Source: Eledone cirrhosa (lineage: Eukaryota). Taken from it: 64,000 bases of DNA. The notes beneath the pieces are model-generated. The model saw only the letters and a list, made by a program, of their open reading frames with translations, was not told the origin of the DNA and searched no databases. Positions 38,501 through 56,500 of this stretch are shown piece by piece; positions within the stretch are counted from its first letter, which is position 1; each line of letters begins with the position of its first letter. The stretch covers positions 236,220,001 to 236,284,000 of the forward strand of contig OZ024740.1 in assembly GCA_964016885.1 (NCBI GenBank), read 5' to 3'. The translations under genes were made by a program, and so were the position numbers.

Positions 38501-41500
38501 ACACCTCTACCTTCACTACCATACAACACCACACCATACAGTCACTACAAAACCTCTACCATCACTACCATACAACACCCCGCACTATACAGTCACTACA
38601 ACACCTCTACCTTCACTACCATACAACACCACACCATACAGTCACTACAACACCTCCACCTTCATTACCATACAACACAACACCACAGTCACTACAACAC
38701 CTCTACCTCCACTACCATACAACACCACACCATACAGTCACTACAACACCTCTACCTTCACTATCATACAACACCACACCATACATTCACTACAACACCT
38801 CTACCTTCACTATCATACAACACCACACCATACAGTCACTACAACACCTCTACCTTCACTATCATACAACACCACACCATACAGTCACTACAACACCTCT
38901 ACCTTCACTACCATACAACACCACACCACAGTCACTACAACACCTCTACCTCCACTACCATACAACACCACACCATACAGTCACTCAAACACCTCTACCT
39001 TCACTACCATACAACACCACACCATACAGTCACAACAACACCCATACCTTCACTACCATACAACACCCCACACTATACAGTCACTACAACACCTCTACCT
39101 TCACTACCATACAACACCACACCACAGTCACTACAACACCTCTACCTTCACTACCATACAACACCACACCATACAGTCACTACAACACCTCTACCTTCAC
39201 TACCATACAACACCTCACCATACAGTCACTACAACACCTCTACCTTCACTATCATACAACACCACACCATACAGTCACTACAACACCTCTACCTTCACTA
39301 CTATACAACACCACACTATACAGTCACTACAACACCTCTACCTTCACTACCATACAACACCACACTATACAGTCACTACAAGACCCCTACCTTCACTACC
39401 ATACAACACCACACTATACAGTCACTACAATACCTCTACATTCACTATCATACAACACCACCCCATACAGTCACTACAACACCTCTACCTTCACTACCAT
39501 ACAACACCACACTATACAGTCACTACAACACCTCTACCTTTACTATTATACAACACCACACCATACAGTCGCTACAACACCTCTACCTTCACTACCTTAC
39601 AACACCACACCATACAGTCGCTACAACACCTCTACCTTCACTACCATACAACACCACACTATACAGTCACTACAACACCTCTACCTTCACTACCATACAA
39701 CACCACACCATACAGTCACTACAACACCTCTACCTTCACTACCATACAACACCACACCATACAGTAACTGCAACACCCCTACCTTCACTACCATACAACA
39801 CCACACCATACAGTCACTACAACACCTCTACCTTCACTATCATACAACACCACAACATACAGTCAAAACAACATGCCTACCTTCACTACCATACAACACC
39901 ACACCATACAGTCACTACAACACCTCTACCTTCACTACCATACAACACCACACCATACAGTCACTACAACACCTCTACCTTCACTACCATACAACACCAC
40001 ACCATACAGTCACTACAACACCTCTACCTTCACTACCATACAACACCACACCATACAGTCACTACAACACCTCTACCTTCACTACCATACAACACCACAC
40101 CATACAGTCAATACAACACCTCTACCTTCACTACCATACAACACCACACTATACAGTCACTACAACACCTTCACCTTCACTACCATACAACACCAAACCA
40201 TACAGTCACTACAACACCTCTACTTTCACTACCATACAACACCACACTATACAGTCACTACAACACCTCTACCTTCACTACCATACAACACCACACCATA
40301 CAGTCACTACAACACCTTCACCTTCACTACCATACAACACCAAACCATACAGTCACTACAACACCTCTACCTTCACTACCATACAACAACACACCATACA
40401 GTCAATACAACACCTCTACCTTCACTACCATACAACACCACACCATACAGTCACTACAACACTTCTACGTTCACTACCATACAACACCACACCATACAGT
40501 CACTACAACACCTCTACCTTCACTACCATACAACACCACACTATACAGTCACTACAACACCTCTACCTTCACTACCATACAACACCACACCATACAGTCA
40601 CTACAACACATCTACCTTCACTACCATACAACACCACACCATACAGTCACTACAACACCTCTACCTTCACTACCATACAACACCACACCATACAGTCACT
40701 ACAACACCTCTACCTTCACTACCATACAACACCAAAACCATACAGTCACTACAACATCTCTACCTTCACTACCATACAACACCACACCATACAGTCACTA
40801 CAACACCTCTACCTTCACTACCATACAACACCACACCATACAGTCACTACAACACCTCTGCCTTCACTACCATACAACACTTCACCATACAGTCACTACA
40901 ACACCTCTACCTTCACTACCATACAACACCACACCATACAGTCACTATAACACCTCTACCATCACTACCATACAACACCACACCATACAGTCACTACAAA
41001 ACCTCTACCTTCACTACCATACAACACCACACCATACAGTCACTACAACACCTCTACCTTCACTACCATACAACACCACACCATACAGTCACTACAACAC
41101 CTCTACCTTCACTACCATACAACACCACACCATACAGTAACTGCAACACCTCTACCTTCACTACCATACAACACCACACTATACAGTCACTACAACACCT
41201 CTACCTTCACTACCATACAACACCACACCATACAGTCACTACAACACATCTACCTTCACTACCATACAACACCACACCATACAGTCACTACAACACCTCT
41301 ACCTTCACTACCATACAACACCACACCATACAGTCACTACAACACCTCTACCTTCACTACCATACAACACCAAAACCATACAGTCACTACAACACCTCTA
41401 CCATCACTACCATACAACACCACACTATACAGTCACTACAACACCTCTACCTTCACTACCATACAACCCCAAACCATACAGTCACTACAACACATCTACC

Positions 41501-44500
41501 TTCACTACCATACAACACCACACCATACAGTCACTACAACACCTCTACCTTCACTACCATACAACACCACACCATACAGTCACTACAACACCTCTACCTT
41601 CACTACCATACAACACCACACCATACAGTCACTACAACACCTCTACCTTCACTACCATACAACACCACACCATACAGTCACAACAACACCCATACCTTCA
41701 CTACCATACAACACCCCACACTATACAGTCACTACAACACCTCTACCTTCACTACCATACAACACCACACCACAGTCACTACAACACCTCTACCTTCACT
41801 ACCATACAACACCACACTATACAGTCACTACAACACCTCTACCTTCACTACCATACAACACCACACCATACATTCACTACAACACCCCTACCTTCACTAC
41901 CATACAACACCACATCATACAGTCACTACAACACCTCTAATTTCACTACCATACAACAGCACACCATACAGTCACTACAACACCTCTACCTTCACTACCA
42001 TACAACACCACACCATACAGTCACTACAACACCTCTACCTTCACTACCATACAACACCACACCATACAGTCACAACAACACCTTCACCTTCACTACCATA
42101 CAACACCAAACCATACAGTCACTACAACACCTCTACCTTCACTACCATACAACACCACACTATACAGTCACTACAACACCTCTACCTTCACTACCATACA
42201 ACACCACACCATACAGTCACTACAACACATCTACCTTCACTACCATACAACACCACACCATACAGTCACTACAACACCTCTACCTTCACTACCATACAAC
42301 ACCACACCATACAGTCACTACAACACCTCTACCTTCACTACCATACAACACCACACCATACAGTCACTACAACACCTCTACCTTCACTACCATACAACAC
42401 CACACCATACAGTCACTACAACACCTCTACCTTCACTACCATACAACACCACACCATACAGTCACTACAACACCTCTACCTTCACTACCATACAAAACCA
42501 CACCATACAGTCACTACAACACCTCTACCTTCACTACCATACAACACCACACCATACAGTCACTACAACACCTCTACCATCACTACCATACAACACCACA
42601 CCATACAGTCACTACAACACCTCTACCTTCACTACCATACAACACCACACCATACAGTCACTACAACACCTCTACCTTCACTACCATACAACACCACACC
42701 ATACAGTCACTACAAAACCTCTACCATCACTACCATACAACACCCCGCACTATACAGTCACTACAACACCTCTACCTTCACTACCATACAACACCACACC
42801 ATACAGTCACTACAACACCTCCACCTTCATTACCATACAACACAACACCACAGTCACTACAACACCTCTACCTCCACTACCATACAACACCACACCATAC
42901 AGTCACTACAACACCTCTACCTTCACTATCATACAACACCACACCATACATTCACTACAACACCTCTACCTTCACTATCATACAACACCACACCATACAG
43001 TCACTACAACACCTCTACCTTCACTATCATACAACACCACACCATACAGTCACTACAACACCTCTACCTTCACTACCATACAACACCACACCACAGTCAC
43101 TACAACACCTCTACCTCCACTACCATACAACACCACACCATACAGTCACTCAAACACCTCTACCTTCACTACCATACAACACCACACCATACAGTCACAA
43201 CAACACCCATACCTTCACTACCATACAACACCCCACACTATACAGTCACTACAACACCTCTACCTTCACTACCATACAACACCACACCACAGTCACTACA
43301 ACACCTCTACCTTCACTACCATACAACACCACACCATACAGTCACTACAACACCTCTACCTTCACTACCATACAACACCTCACCATACAGTCACTACAAC
43401 ACCTCTACCTTCACTATCATACAACACCACACCATACAGTCACTACAACACCTCTACATTCACTACTATACAACACCACACCATACAGTCACTACAACAC
43501 CTCTACATTCACTACCATACAACACCACAGCATACAGTCACTACAACACCTCTACCTTCACTACCATACAACACCACACCATACAGTCACTACAACACCT
43601 CTACCTTCACTACCATACAACACCACACCATACAGTCACTACAACACCTCTACCTTCACTACCATACAACACCACACCATACAGTCACTACAACACCTCT
43701 ACCTTCACTACCATACAACACCACACCATACAGTCACTACAACACCTCTACCTTCACTACAATACAACACCACACCATACAGTCACTACAACACCTCTAC
43801 CTTCACTACCATACAACACCACACTATACAGTCACTACAACACCTCTACTTTCACTACCATACAACACCACACCATACAGTCAATACAACACCTCTACCT
43901 TCACTATCATACAACACCACACCATACAGTCACTACAACACCTCTACCTTCACTACCATACAACAGCACACTATACAGTCACTACAACACCTCTACCTTC
44001 ACTATCATACAACACCACACCATACAGTCACTACAACACCTCTACCTTCACTACCATACAACACCACACCATACAGTCACTACAACACCTCTACCTTCAC
44101 TACCATACAACACCACACCATACAGTCACTACAACACCTCTACCTTCACTACCATACAACACCACACCATACAGTCACTACAACACCCCTACCTTCACTA
44201 CCATACAACACCCCACACTATACAGTCACTACAACACCTCTACCTTCACTACCATACAAACCACACAACAGTCACTACAACACCTCTACCTTCACTACCA
44301 TACAACACCACACCATACAGTCACTACAACACCTCTACCTTCACTACCATACAACACCACACTATACAGTCACTACAACACCTCTACCTTCACTACCATA
44401 CAACACCACACCATACAGTCACTGCAACACCTCTACCTTCACTACCATACAACACCACACCATACAGTCACTACAACACCTCTACCTTCACTACCATACA

Positions 44501-47500
44501 ACACCACACCATACAGTCACTACAACACCTCTACCTTCACTACCATACAACACCACACTATACAGTCACTACAACACCTCTACCTTCGCCACCATACAAC
44601 ACCACACCATACAGTCACTACAACACCTCTACCTTCACTACCATACAACACAACACCATACAGTCAATACAACACCTCTACATTCACTACCATACAACAC
44701 CACACCATACAGTCACTGCAACACCTCTACCTTCACTACCATACAACACCACACTATACAGTCACTACAACACCTCTACCTTCACTACCATACAACACCA
44801 CACCATACAGTCAATACAACACCTCTACCTTCACTACCATACAACACCACACCATACAGTCACTACAACACCTCTACCTTCACTACCATACAACACCACA
44901 CCATACAGTCACTACAACACCTCTACCTTCACTACCATACAACACCACACCATACAGTCACTACAACACCTCTACCTTCACTACCATACAACACTACACC
45001 ATACAGTCACTACAACACCTCTACCTTCACTACCATACAACACCACACCATACAGTCACTACAACACCTCTACCTTCACTACCATACAACACCACACCAT
45101 ACAGTCACTACAACACCTCTATCTTCACTACCATACAACACCACACCATACAGTCACTACAACACCTCTACCTTCACTACCATACAACACCACACTATAC
45201 AGTCACTACAACACCTCTACCTTCACTACCATACAACACTACACCATACAGTCACTACAACACCACTACCTTTAATACCATACAACACCACACCATACAG
45301 TCACTACAACACCTCTACCTTCACTACCATACAACACTACACCATACAGTCAATACAACACCTCTACCTCCACTACCATACAACACCACGCCATACAGTC
45401 ACTCAAACACCTCTACCTTCACTATCATACAACACCACACCATACATTCACTACAACACCTCTACTTTCACTACCATACAACACCACACCATACAGTCAC
45501 TACAACACCTCTACCTTCACTACCATACAACACCACACCATACATTCACTACAACACCTCTACCTTCACTACCATACAACACCACACCATACAGTCACTA
45601 CAACACCTCTACCTTCACTATCATACAACACCACACCATACAGTCACTACAACACCTCTACCTTCACTACCATACAACACCTCACCATACAGTCACTGCA
45701 ACACCTCTACCTTCACTATCATACAACACCACACCATACAGTCACTACAACACCTCTACCTTCACTACTATACAACACCACACCATACAGTCACTACAAC
45801 ACCTCTACATTCACTACCATACAACACCACACTATACAGTCACTACAACACCTCTACCTTCACTACCATACAACACCACACCATACAGTCACTACAACAC
45901 CTCTACCTTCACTACCATACAACACCACACCATACAGTCACTACAACACCTCTACCTTCACTACCATACAACACCACACCATACAGTCACTACAACACCT
46001 CTACCTTCACTACCATACAACACCACACCATACAGTCACTACAACACCTCTACCTTCACTACCATACAACACCACACCATACAGTCACTACAACACCTCT
46101 ACCTTCACTACCATACAACACCACACCATACAGTCACTACAACACATCTACCTTCACTACCATACAACACCACACCATACAGTCACTACAACACCTTTAC
46201 CTTCACTACCATACAACACCACACCATACAGTCACTACAGCTCCTCTACCTTCACTACCATACGACACCACACCATACAGTCACTACAACACCTCTACCT
46301 TCACTACCATACAACACCAGACCATACAGTCACTACAACACCTCTACCTTCACTACCATACAATACCACACCATACAGTCACTACACCTCTACCTTCACT
46401 ACAATACAACACCACACCATACAGTCACTACAACACCTCTACCTTCACTACCATACAACACCACACCATACAGTCACTACAACACCTCTACCTTCACTAC
46501 CATACAACACCACACCATACAGTCACTACAACACCTCTACCTTCACTACCATACAACACTACACCATACAGTCACTACAACACCTCTACCTTCACTACCA
46601 TACAACACCACACCATACAGTCACTACAACACCTCTACCTTCACTACCATACAACACCACACCATACAGTCACTACAACACCTCTATCTTCACTACCATA
46701 CAACACCACACCATACAGTCACTACAACACCTCTACCTTCACTACCATACAACACCACACTATACAGTCACTACAACACCTCTACCTTCACTACCATACA
46801 ACACTACACCATACAGTCACTACAACACCACTACCTTTAATACCATACAACACCACACCATACAGTCACTACAACACCTCTACCTTCACTACCATACAAC
46901 ACTACACCATACAGTCAATACAACACCTCTACCTCCACTACCATACAACACCACGCCATACAGTCACTCAAACACCTCTACCTTCACTATCATACAACAC
47001 CACACCATACATTCACTACAACACCTCTACTTTCACTACCATACAACACCACACCATACAGTCACTACAACACCTCTACCTTCACTACCATACAACACCA
47101 CACCATACATTCACTACAACACCTCTACCTTCACTACCATACAACACCACACCATACAGTCACTACAACACCTCTACCTTCACTATCATACAACACCACA
47201 CCATACAGTCACTACAACACCTCTACCTTCACTACCATACAACACCTCACCATACAGTCACTGCAACACCTCTACCTTCACTATCATACAACACCACACC
47301 ATACAGTCACTACAACACCTCTACCTTCACTACTATACAACACCACACCATACAGTCACTACAACACCTCTACATTCACTACCATACAACACCACACCAT
47401 ACAGTCACTACAACACCTCTACCTTCACTACCATACAACACCACACCATACAGTCACTACAACACCTCTACCTTCACTACCATACAACACCACACCATAC

Positions 47501-50500
47501 AGTCACTACAACACCTCTACCTTCACTACCATACAACACCACACCATACAGTCACTACAACACCTCTACCTTCACTACCATACAACACCACACCATACAG
47601 TCACTACAACACCTCTACCTTCACTACCATACAACACCACACCATACAGTCACTACAACACCTCTACCTTCACTACCATACAACACCACACCATACAGTC
47701 ACTACAACACATCTACCTTCACTACCATACAACACCACACCATACAGTCACTACAACACCTTTACCTTCACTACCATACAACACCACACCATACAGTCAC
47801 TACAGCTCCTCTACCTTCACTACCATACGACACCACACCATACAGTCACTACAACACCTCTACCTTCACTACCATACAACACCAGACCATACAGTCACTA
47901 CAACACCTCTACCTTCACTACCATACAATACCACACCATACAGTCACTACACCTCTACCTTCACTACAATACAACACCACACCATACAGTCACTACAACA
48001 CCTCTACCTTCACTACCATATAACACCACACCATACAGTCACTACAACACCTCTACCTTCACTACCATACAACAGCACACCATACGGTCACTACAAAACC
48101 TCTACCTTCACTACCATACAACACCACACCATACTGTCACTACAACACCTCTACCTTCACCTCCATACAACACCACACCATACAGTCACTACAACACCTC
48201 TACCTTCACTACCATACAACACCACACCATACAGTCACTACAACACCCCTACCTTCACTACCATACAACACCCCACACTATACAGTCACTACAACACCTC
48301 TACCTTCACTACCATACAACACCACACCACAGTCACTACAACACCTCTACCTTCACTACCATACAACACCACACCACAGTCACTACAACACCTCTACCTT
48401 CACTACCATACAACACCACACCATACAGTCACTACAACACCTCTACCTTCACTACCATACAACACCACACTATACAGTCACTACAACACCTCTACCTTCA
48501 CTACCATACAACACCACACCATACAGTCACTGCAACACCTCTACCTTCACTACCATACAACACCACACCATACAGTCACTACAACACCTCTACATTCACT
48601 ACCATACAACACCACACTATACAGTCACTACAACACCTCTACCTTCACCACCATACAACACCACACCATACAGTCACTACAACACCTCTACCTTCACTAC
48701 CATACAACACAACACCATACAGTCAATACAACACCTCTACATTCACTACCATACAACACCACACCATACAGTCACTGCAACACCTCTACCTTCACTACCA
48801 TACAACACCACACTATACAGTCACTACAACACCTCTACCTTCACTACCATACAACACCACACCATACAGTCACTACAACACCTCTACCTTCACTACCATA
48901 CAACACCACACCATACAGTCACTACAACACCTCTACCTTCACTACCATACAACACCACACCATACAGTCACTACAAGACCTCTACCTTCACTACCATACA
49001 ACACCACACCATACAGTCACTACAACACCTCTACCTTCACTACCATACAACACCACACCATACAGTCACTACAACACCTCTACCTTCACTACCATACAAC
49101 ACCACACCATACAGTCACTACAACACCTCTACCTTCACTACCATACAACACCACACCATACAGTCACTACAACACCTCTACCTTCACTACCATACAACAC
49201 CACACCATACAGTCACTACAAGACCTCTACCTTCACTACCATACAACACCACACCATACAGTCAATACAACACATCTACCTTCACTACCATACAACACCA
49301 CACTATACAGTCACTACAACACCTCTACCTTCACTACCATACAACACTAAACCATACAGTCACTACAACACCTCTACCTTAACTACCATACAACACCAAA
49401 CCATACATTCACTACAACACCTCTACCTTCACTACCATACAACACCACACCATACAGTCAATACAACACCTCTACCTTCACTACCATACAACACCACACC
49501 ATACAGTCACTACAACACCTCTATCTTCACTACCATACAACACCACACCATACAGTCACTACAACACCTCTACCTTCACTACCATACAACACCACACCAT
49601 ACAGTCACTACAACACCTCTATCTTCACTACCATACAACACCATACCATACAGTCACTACAACACCTCTACCTTCACTACCATACAACACCACACCATAC
49701 AGTCACTACAACACCTCTATCTTCACTACCATACAACACCACACCATACAGTCACTACAACACCTCTACCTTCACTACCATACAACACCACACTATACAG
49801 TCACTGCAACACCTCTACCTTCACTACCATACAACACTACACCATACAGTCACTACAACACCTCTACCTTTAATACCATACAACACCACACCATACAGTC
49901 ACTACAACACCTCTACCTTCACTACCATAAAACACTACACCATACAGTCAATACAACACCTCTACCTTTAATACCATACAACACCACACTATACAGTCAC
50001 TACAACACCTCTACCTTCACTACCATACAACACCACACCATACAGTCACTACAGCACCTCTACCTTCACTATCATTCAACACCACACCATACAGTCACTA
50101 CAACACCTCTACCTTCACTACCATACAACACCACACCATACAGTCACTACAACACCTCTACCTTCACTACCATACAACACCACACCATACAGTCACTACA
50201 ACACCTCTACCTTCACTACCATACAACACCACACCATACATTCACTACAACACCTCTACCTTCACTACCATACAACACCACACCATACAGTCACTACAAC
50301 ACCTCTACCTTCACTACCATACAACACCACACTATAGAGTCACTACAACACCTCTACCTTCACTATCATACAACACCACACCATACAGTCACTACAACAC
50401 CTCTAGCTACACTACCATACAACACCACACCATACAGTCACTACAACATCCCTACCTTCACTACCATACAACACCCCACACTATACAGTCACTACAACAC

Positions 50501-53500
50501 CTCTACCTTCACTACCATACAACACCACACCACAGTCACTACAACACCTCTACCTTCACTACCATACAACACCACACTATACAGTCACTACAACACCTCT
50601 ACCTTCACTACCATACAACACCACACCATACAGTCACTACAACACCTCTACCTTCACTATCATACAACACCACACCATACAGTCACTACAACACCTCTAC
50701 CTTCACTACCATACAACACCTCACCATACAGTCACTACAACACCTCTACCTTCACTATCATACAACACCACACCATACAGTCACTACAACACATCTACCT
50801 TCACCACTATACAACACCACACCATACAGTCACTACAACACCTCTACATTCACTACCATACAACACCACACCATACAGTCACTACAACACCTCTACCCTC
50901 ACTACCATACAACACCACACCATACAGTCACTACAACACCTCTACCTTCACTACCATACAACACCACACCATACAGTCACTACAACACCTCTACCTTCAC
51001 TACCATACAACACCACACCATACAGTCACTACAACACCTCTACCTTCACTACCATACAACACCACACCATACAGTCACTACAACACCTCTACCTTCACTA
51101 CCATACAACACCACACCATACAGTCACTACAACACCTCTACCTTCACTACCATACAACACCACACCATACAGTCACTACAAAACCTCTACCTTCACTACC
51201 ATACAACACCACACCATACAGTCACTACAACACCTTTACCTTCACTACCATACAACACCACACCATACAGTCACTACAGCTCCTCTACCTTCACTACCAT
51301 ACGACACCACACCATACAGTCACTACAACACCTCTACCTTCACTACCATACAACACCAGACCATACAGTCACTACAACACCTCTACCTTCACTACCATAC
51401 AATACCACACCATACAGTCACTACAACACCTCTACTTTCACTACAATACAACACCACACCATACAGTCACTACAACACCTCTACCTTCACTACCATATAA
51501 CACCACAGCATACAGTTACTACAACACCTCTACCTTCACTACCATACAACAGCACACCATACGGTCACTACAAAACCTCTACCTTCACTACCATACAACA
51601 CCACACCATACAGTCACTACAACACCTCTACCTTCACCTCCATACAACACCACACCATACAGTCACTACAACACCTCTACCTTCACTACCTTACAACACC
51701 ACACTATACAGTCACTACAACACCTCTACTTTCACTACCATACAACACCACACCATACAATCAATACAACACCTCTACCTTCACTATCATACAACACCAC
51801 ACCATACAGTCACTACAACACCTCTACCTTCACTACCATACAACAGCACACTATACAGTCACTACAACACCTCTACCTTCACTATCATACAACACCACAC
51901 CATACAGTCACTACAACACCTCTACCTTCACTACCATACAACACCACACCATACAGTCACTCCAACACCTCTACCTTCACTACCATACAACACCACACCA
52001 TACAGTCACTACAACACCTCTACCTTCACTACCATACAACACCACACCATACAGTCACTACAACACCCCTACCTTCACTACCATACAACACCCCACACTA
52101 TACAGTCACTACAACACCTCTACCTTCACTACCATACAACACCACACCACAGTCACTACAACACCTCTACCTTCACTACCATACAACACCACACCATACA
52201 GACACTACAACACATCTACCTTCACTACCATACAACACCACACTATACAGTCACTACAACACCTCTACCTTAACTACCATACAACACCACACCATACAGT
52301 CACTACAACACCTCTACCTTCACTACCATACAACACAACACCATACAGTCAATACAACACCTTTACATTCACTACCATACAACACCACACCATACAGTCA
52401 CTGCAACACCTCTACCTTCACTACCATACAACACCACACTATACAGTCACTACAACACCTCTACCTTCACTACCATACAACACCACACCATACAGTCACT
52501 ACAACACCTCTACCTTCACTACCATACAACACAACACCATACAGTCAATACAACACCTTTACATTCACTACCATACAACACCACACCATACAGTCACTGC
52601 AACACCTCTACCTTCACTACCATACAACACCACACTATACAGTCACTACAACACCTCTACCTTCACTACCATACAACACCACACCATACAGTCACTACAA
52701 CACCTCTACCTTCACTACCATACAACACCACACCATACAGTCACTACAACACCTCTACCTTCACTACCATACAACACCACACCATACAGTCACTACAACA
52801 CCTCTACCTTCACTACCATACAACACCACACCATACAGTCACTACAACACCTCTACCTTCACTACCATACAACACCACACCATACAGTCACTACAAGACC
52901 TCTACCTTCACTACCATACAACACCACACCATACAGTCAATACAACACATCTACCTTCACTTCCATACAACACCACACTATACAGTCACTACAACACCTC
53001 TACCTTCACTACCATACAACACAACACCATACAGTCAATACAACACCTTTACATTCACTACCATACAACACCACACCATACAGTCACTGCAACACCTCTA
53101 CCTTCACTACCATACAACACCACACTATACAGTCACTACAACACCTCTACCTTCACTACCATACAACACCACACCATACAGTCACTACAACACCTCTACC
53201 TTCACTACCATACAACACCACACCATACAGTCACTACAACACCTCTACCTTCACTACCATACAACACCACACCATACAGTCACTACAACACCTCTACTTT
53301 CACTACAATACAACACCACACCATACAGTCACTACAACACCTCTACCTTCACTACCATATAACACCACAGCATACAGTTACTACAACACCTCTACCTTCA
53401 CTACCATACAACAGCACACCATACGGTCACTACAAAACCTCTACCTTCACTACCATACAACACCACACCATACAGTCACTACAACACCTCTACCTTCACC

Positions 53501-56500
53501 TCCATACAACACCACACCATACAGTCACTACAACACCTCTACCTTCACTACCTTACAACACCACACTATACAGTCACTACAACACCTCTACTTTCACTAC
53601 CATACAACACCACACCATACAATCAATACAACACCTCTACCTTCACTATCATACAACACCACACCATACAGTCACTACAACACCTCTACCTTCACTACCA
53701 TACAACAGCACACTATACAGTCACTACAACACCTCTACCTTCACTATCATACAACACCACACCATACAGTCACTACAACACCTCTACCTTCACTACCATA
53801 CAACACCACACCATACAGTCACTCCAACACCTCTACCTTCACTACCATACAACACCACACCATACAGTCACTACAACACCTCTACCTTCACTACCATACA
53901 ACACCACACCATACAGTCACTACAACACCCCTACCTTCACTACCATACAACACCCCACACTATACAGTCACTACAACACCTCTACCTTCACTACCATACA
54001 ACACCACACCACAGTCACTACAACACCTCTACCTTCACTACCATACAACACCACACCATACAGACACTACAACACATCTACCTTCACTACCATACAACAC
54101 CACACTATACAGTCACTACAACACCTCTACCTTAACTACCATACAACACCACACCATACAGTCACTACAACACCTCTACCTTCACTACCATACAACACAA
54201 CACCATACAGTCAATACAACACCTTTACATTCACTACCATACAACACCACACCATACAGTCACTGCAACACCTCTACCTTCACTACCATACAACACCACA
54301 CTATACAGTCACTACAACACCTCTACCTTCACTACCATACAACACCACACCATACAGTCACTACAACACCTCTACCTTCACTACCATACAACACCACACC
54401 ATACAGTCACTACAACACCTCTACCTTCACTACCATACAACACCACACCATACAGTCACTACAACACCTCTACCTTCACTACCATACAACACCACACCAT
54501 ACAGTCACTACAACACCTCTACCTTCACTACCATACAACACCACACCATACAGTCACTACAAGACCTCTACCTTCACTACCATACAACACCACACCATAC
54601 AGTCAATACAACACATCTACCTTCACTTCCATACAACACCACACTATACAGTCACTACAACACCTCTACCTTCACTACCATACAACTCTAAACCATACAG
54701 TCACTACAACACCTCTACCTTAACTACCATACAACACCAAACCATACATTCACTACAACACCTCTACCTTCACTACCATACAACACCACACCATACAGTC
54801 AATACAACACCTCTACCTTCACTACCATACAACACCACACCATACAGTCACTACAACACCTCTATCTTCACTACCATACAACACCACACCATACAGTCAC
54901 TACAACACCTCTACCTTCACTACCATACAACACCACACCATACAGTCACTACAACACCTCTATCTTCACTACCATACAACACCATACCATACAGTGACTA
55001 CAACACCTCTACCTTCACTACCATACAACACCACACCATACAGTCACTACAACACCTCTATCTTCACTACCATACAACACCACACCATACAGTCACTACA
55101 ACACCTCTACCTTCACTACCATACAACACCACCCTATACAGTCACTACAACACCTCTACCTTCACTACCATACAACACTACACCATACAGTCACTACAAC
55201 ACCTCTACCTTTAATACCATACAACACCACACCATACAGTCACTACAACACCTCTACCTTCACTACCATAAAACACTACACCATACAGTCACTACAACAC
55301 CTCCACCTTCACTACCATACAACACCACACCATACAGTCACTACAGCACCTCTACCTTCACTATCATTCAACACCACACCATACAGTCACTACAACACCT
55401 CTAACTTCATTACCTTACAACACCACACCATACAGTCACTACAACACCTCTACCTTCACTACCATACAACACCACACCATACATTCACTACAACACCTCT
55501 ACCTTCACTACCATACAACACCACACCATACAGTCACTACAACACCTCTACCTTCACTACCATACAACACCACACTATAGAGTCACTACAACACCTCTAC
55601 CTTCACTATCATACAACACCACACCATACAGTCACTACAACACCTCTAGCTTCACTACCATACAACACCACACCATACAGTCACTACAACACCTCTACCT
55701 TCACTACCATACAACACCACACCATACAGTCACTACAACACCTCTACCTTCACTATCATACAACACCACACCATACAGTCACTACAACACCTCTACCTTC
55801 ACTACCATACAACACCTCACCATACAGTCACTACAACACCTCTACCTTCACTATCATACAACACCACACCATACAGTCACTACAACACCTCTACCCTCAC
55901 TACCATACAACACCACACCATACAGTCACTACAACACCTCTACGTTCACTACCATACAACACCACACCATACAGTCACTACAACACCTCTACCTTCACTA
56001 CCATACAACACCACACCATACAGTCACTACAACACCTCTACCTTCACTACCATACAACACCACACCATACAGTCACTACAACACCTCTACCTTCACTACC
56101 ATACAACACCACACCATACAGTCACTACAACACCTCTACCTTCACTACCATACAACACCACACCATACAGTCACTACAAAACTTCTACCTTCACTACCAT
56201 ACAACACCACACCATACAGTCACTACAACACCTTTACCTTCACTACCATACAACACCACACCATACAGTCACTACAGCTCCTCTACCTTCACTACCATAC
56301 GACACCACACCATACAGTCACTACAACACCTCTACCTTCACTACCATACAACACCAGACCATACAGTCACTACAACACCTCTACCTTCACTACCATACAA
56401 TACCACACCATACAGTCACTACAACACCTCTACCTTCACTACAATACAACACCACACCATACAGTCACTACAACACCTCTACCTTCACTACCATATAACA

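Noticed and set aside
39873-45275. 1800-aa mucin-like ORF (also 35708..36736 and 54994..55404)
   Set aside because: It lies entirely in the satellite. The ATG is a point variant duplicated with the 4.17-kb block, the unit length is not a multiple of 3, and indels and stops are scattered through the array.
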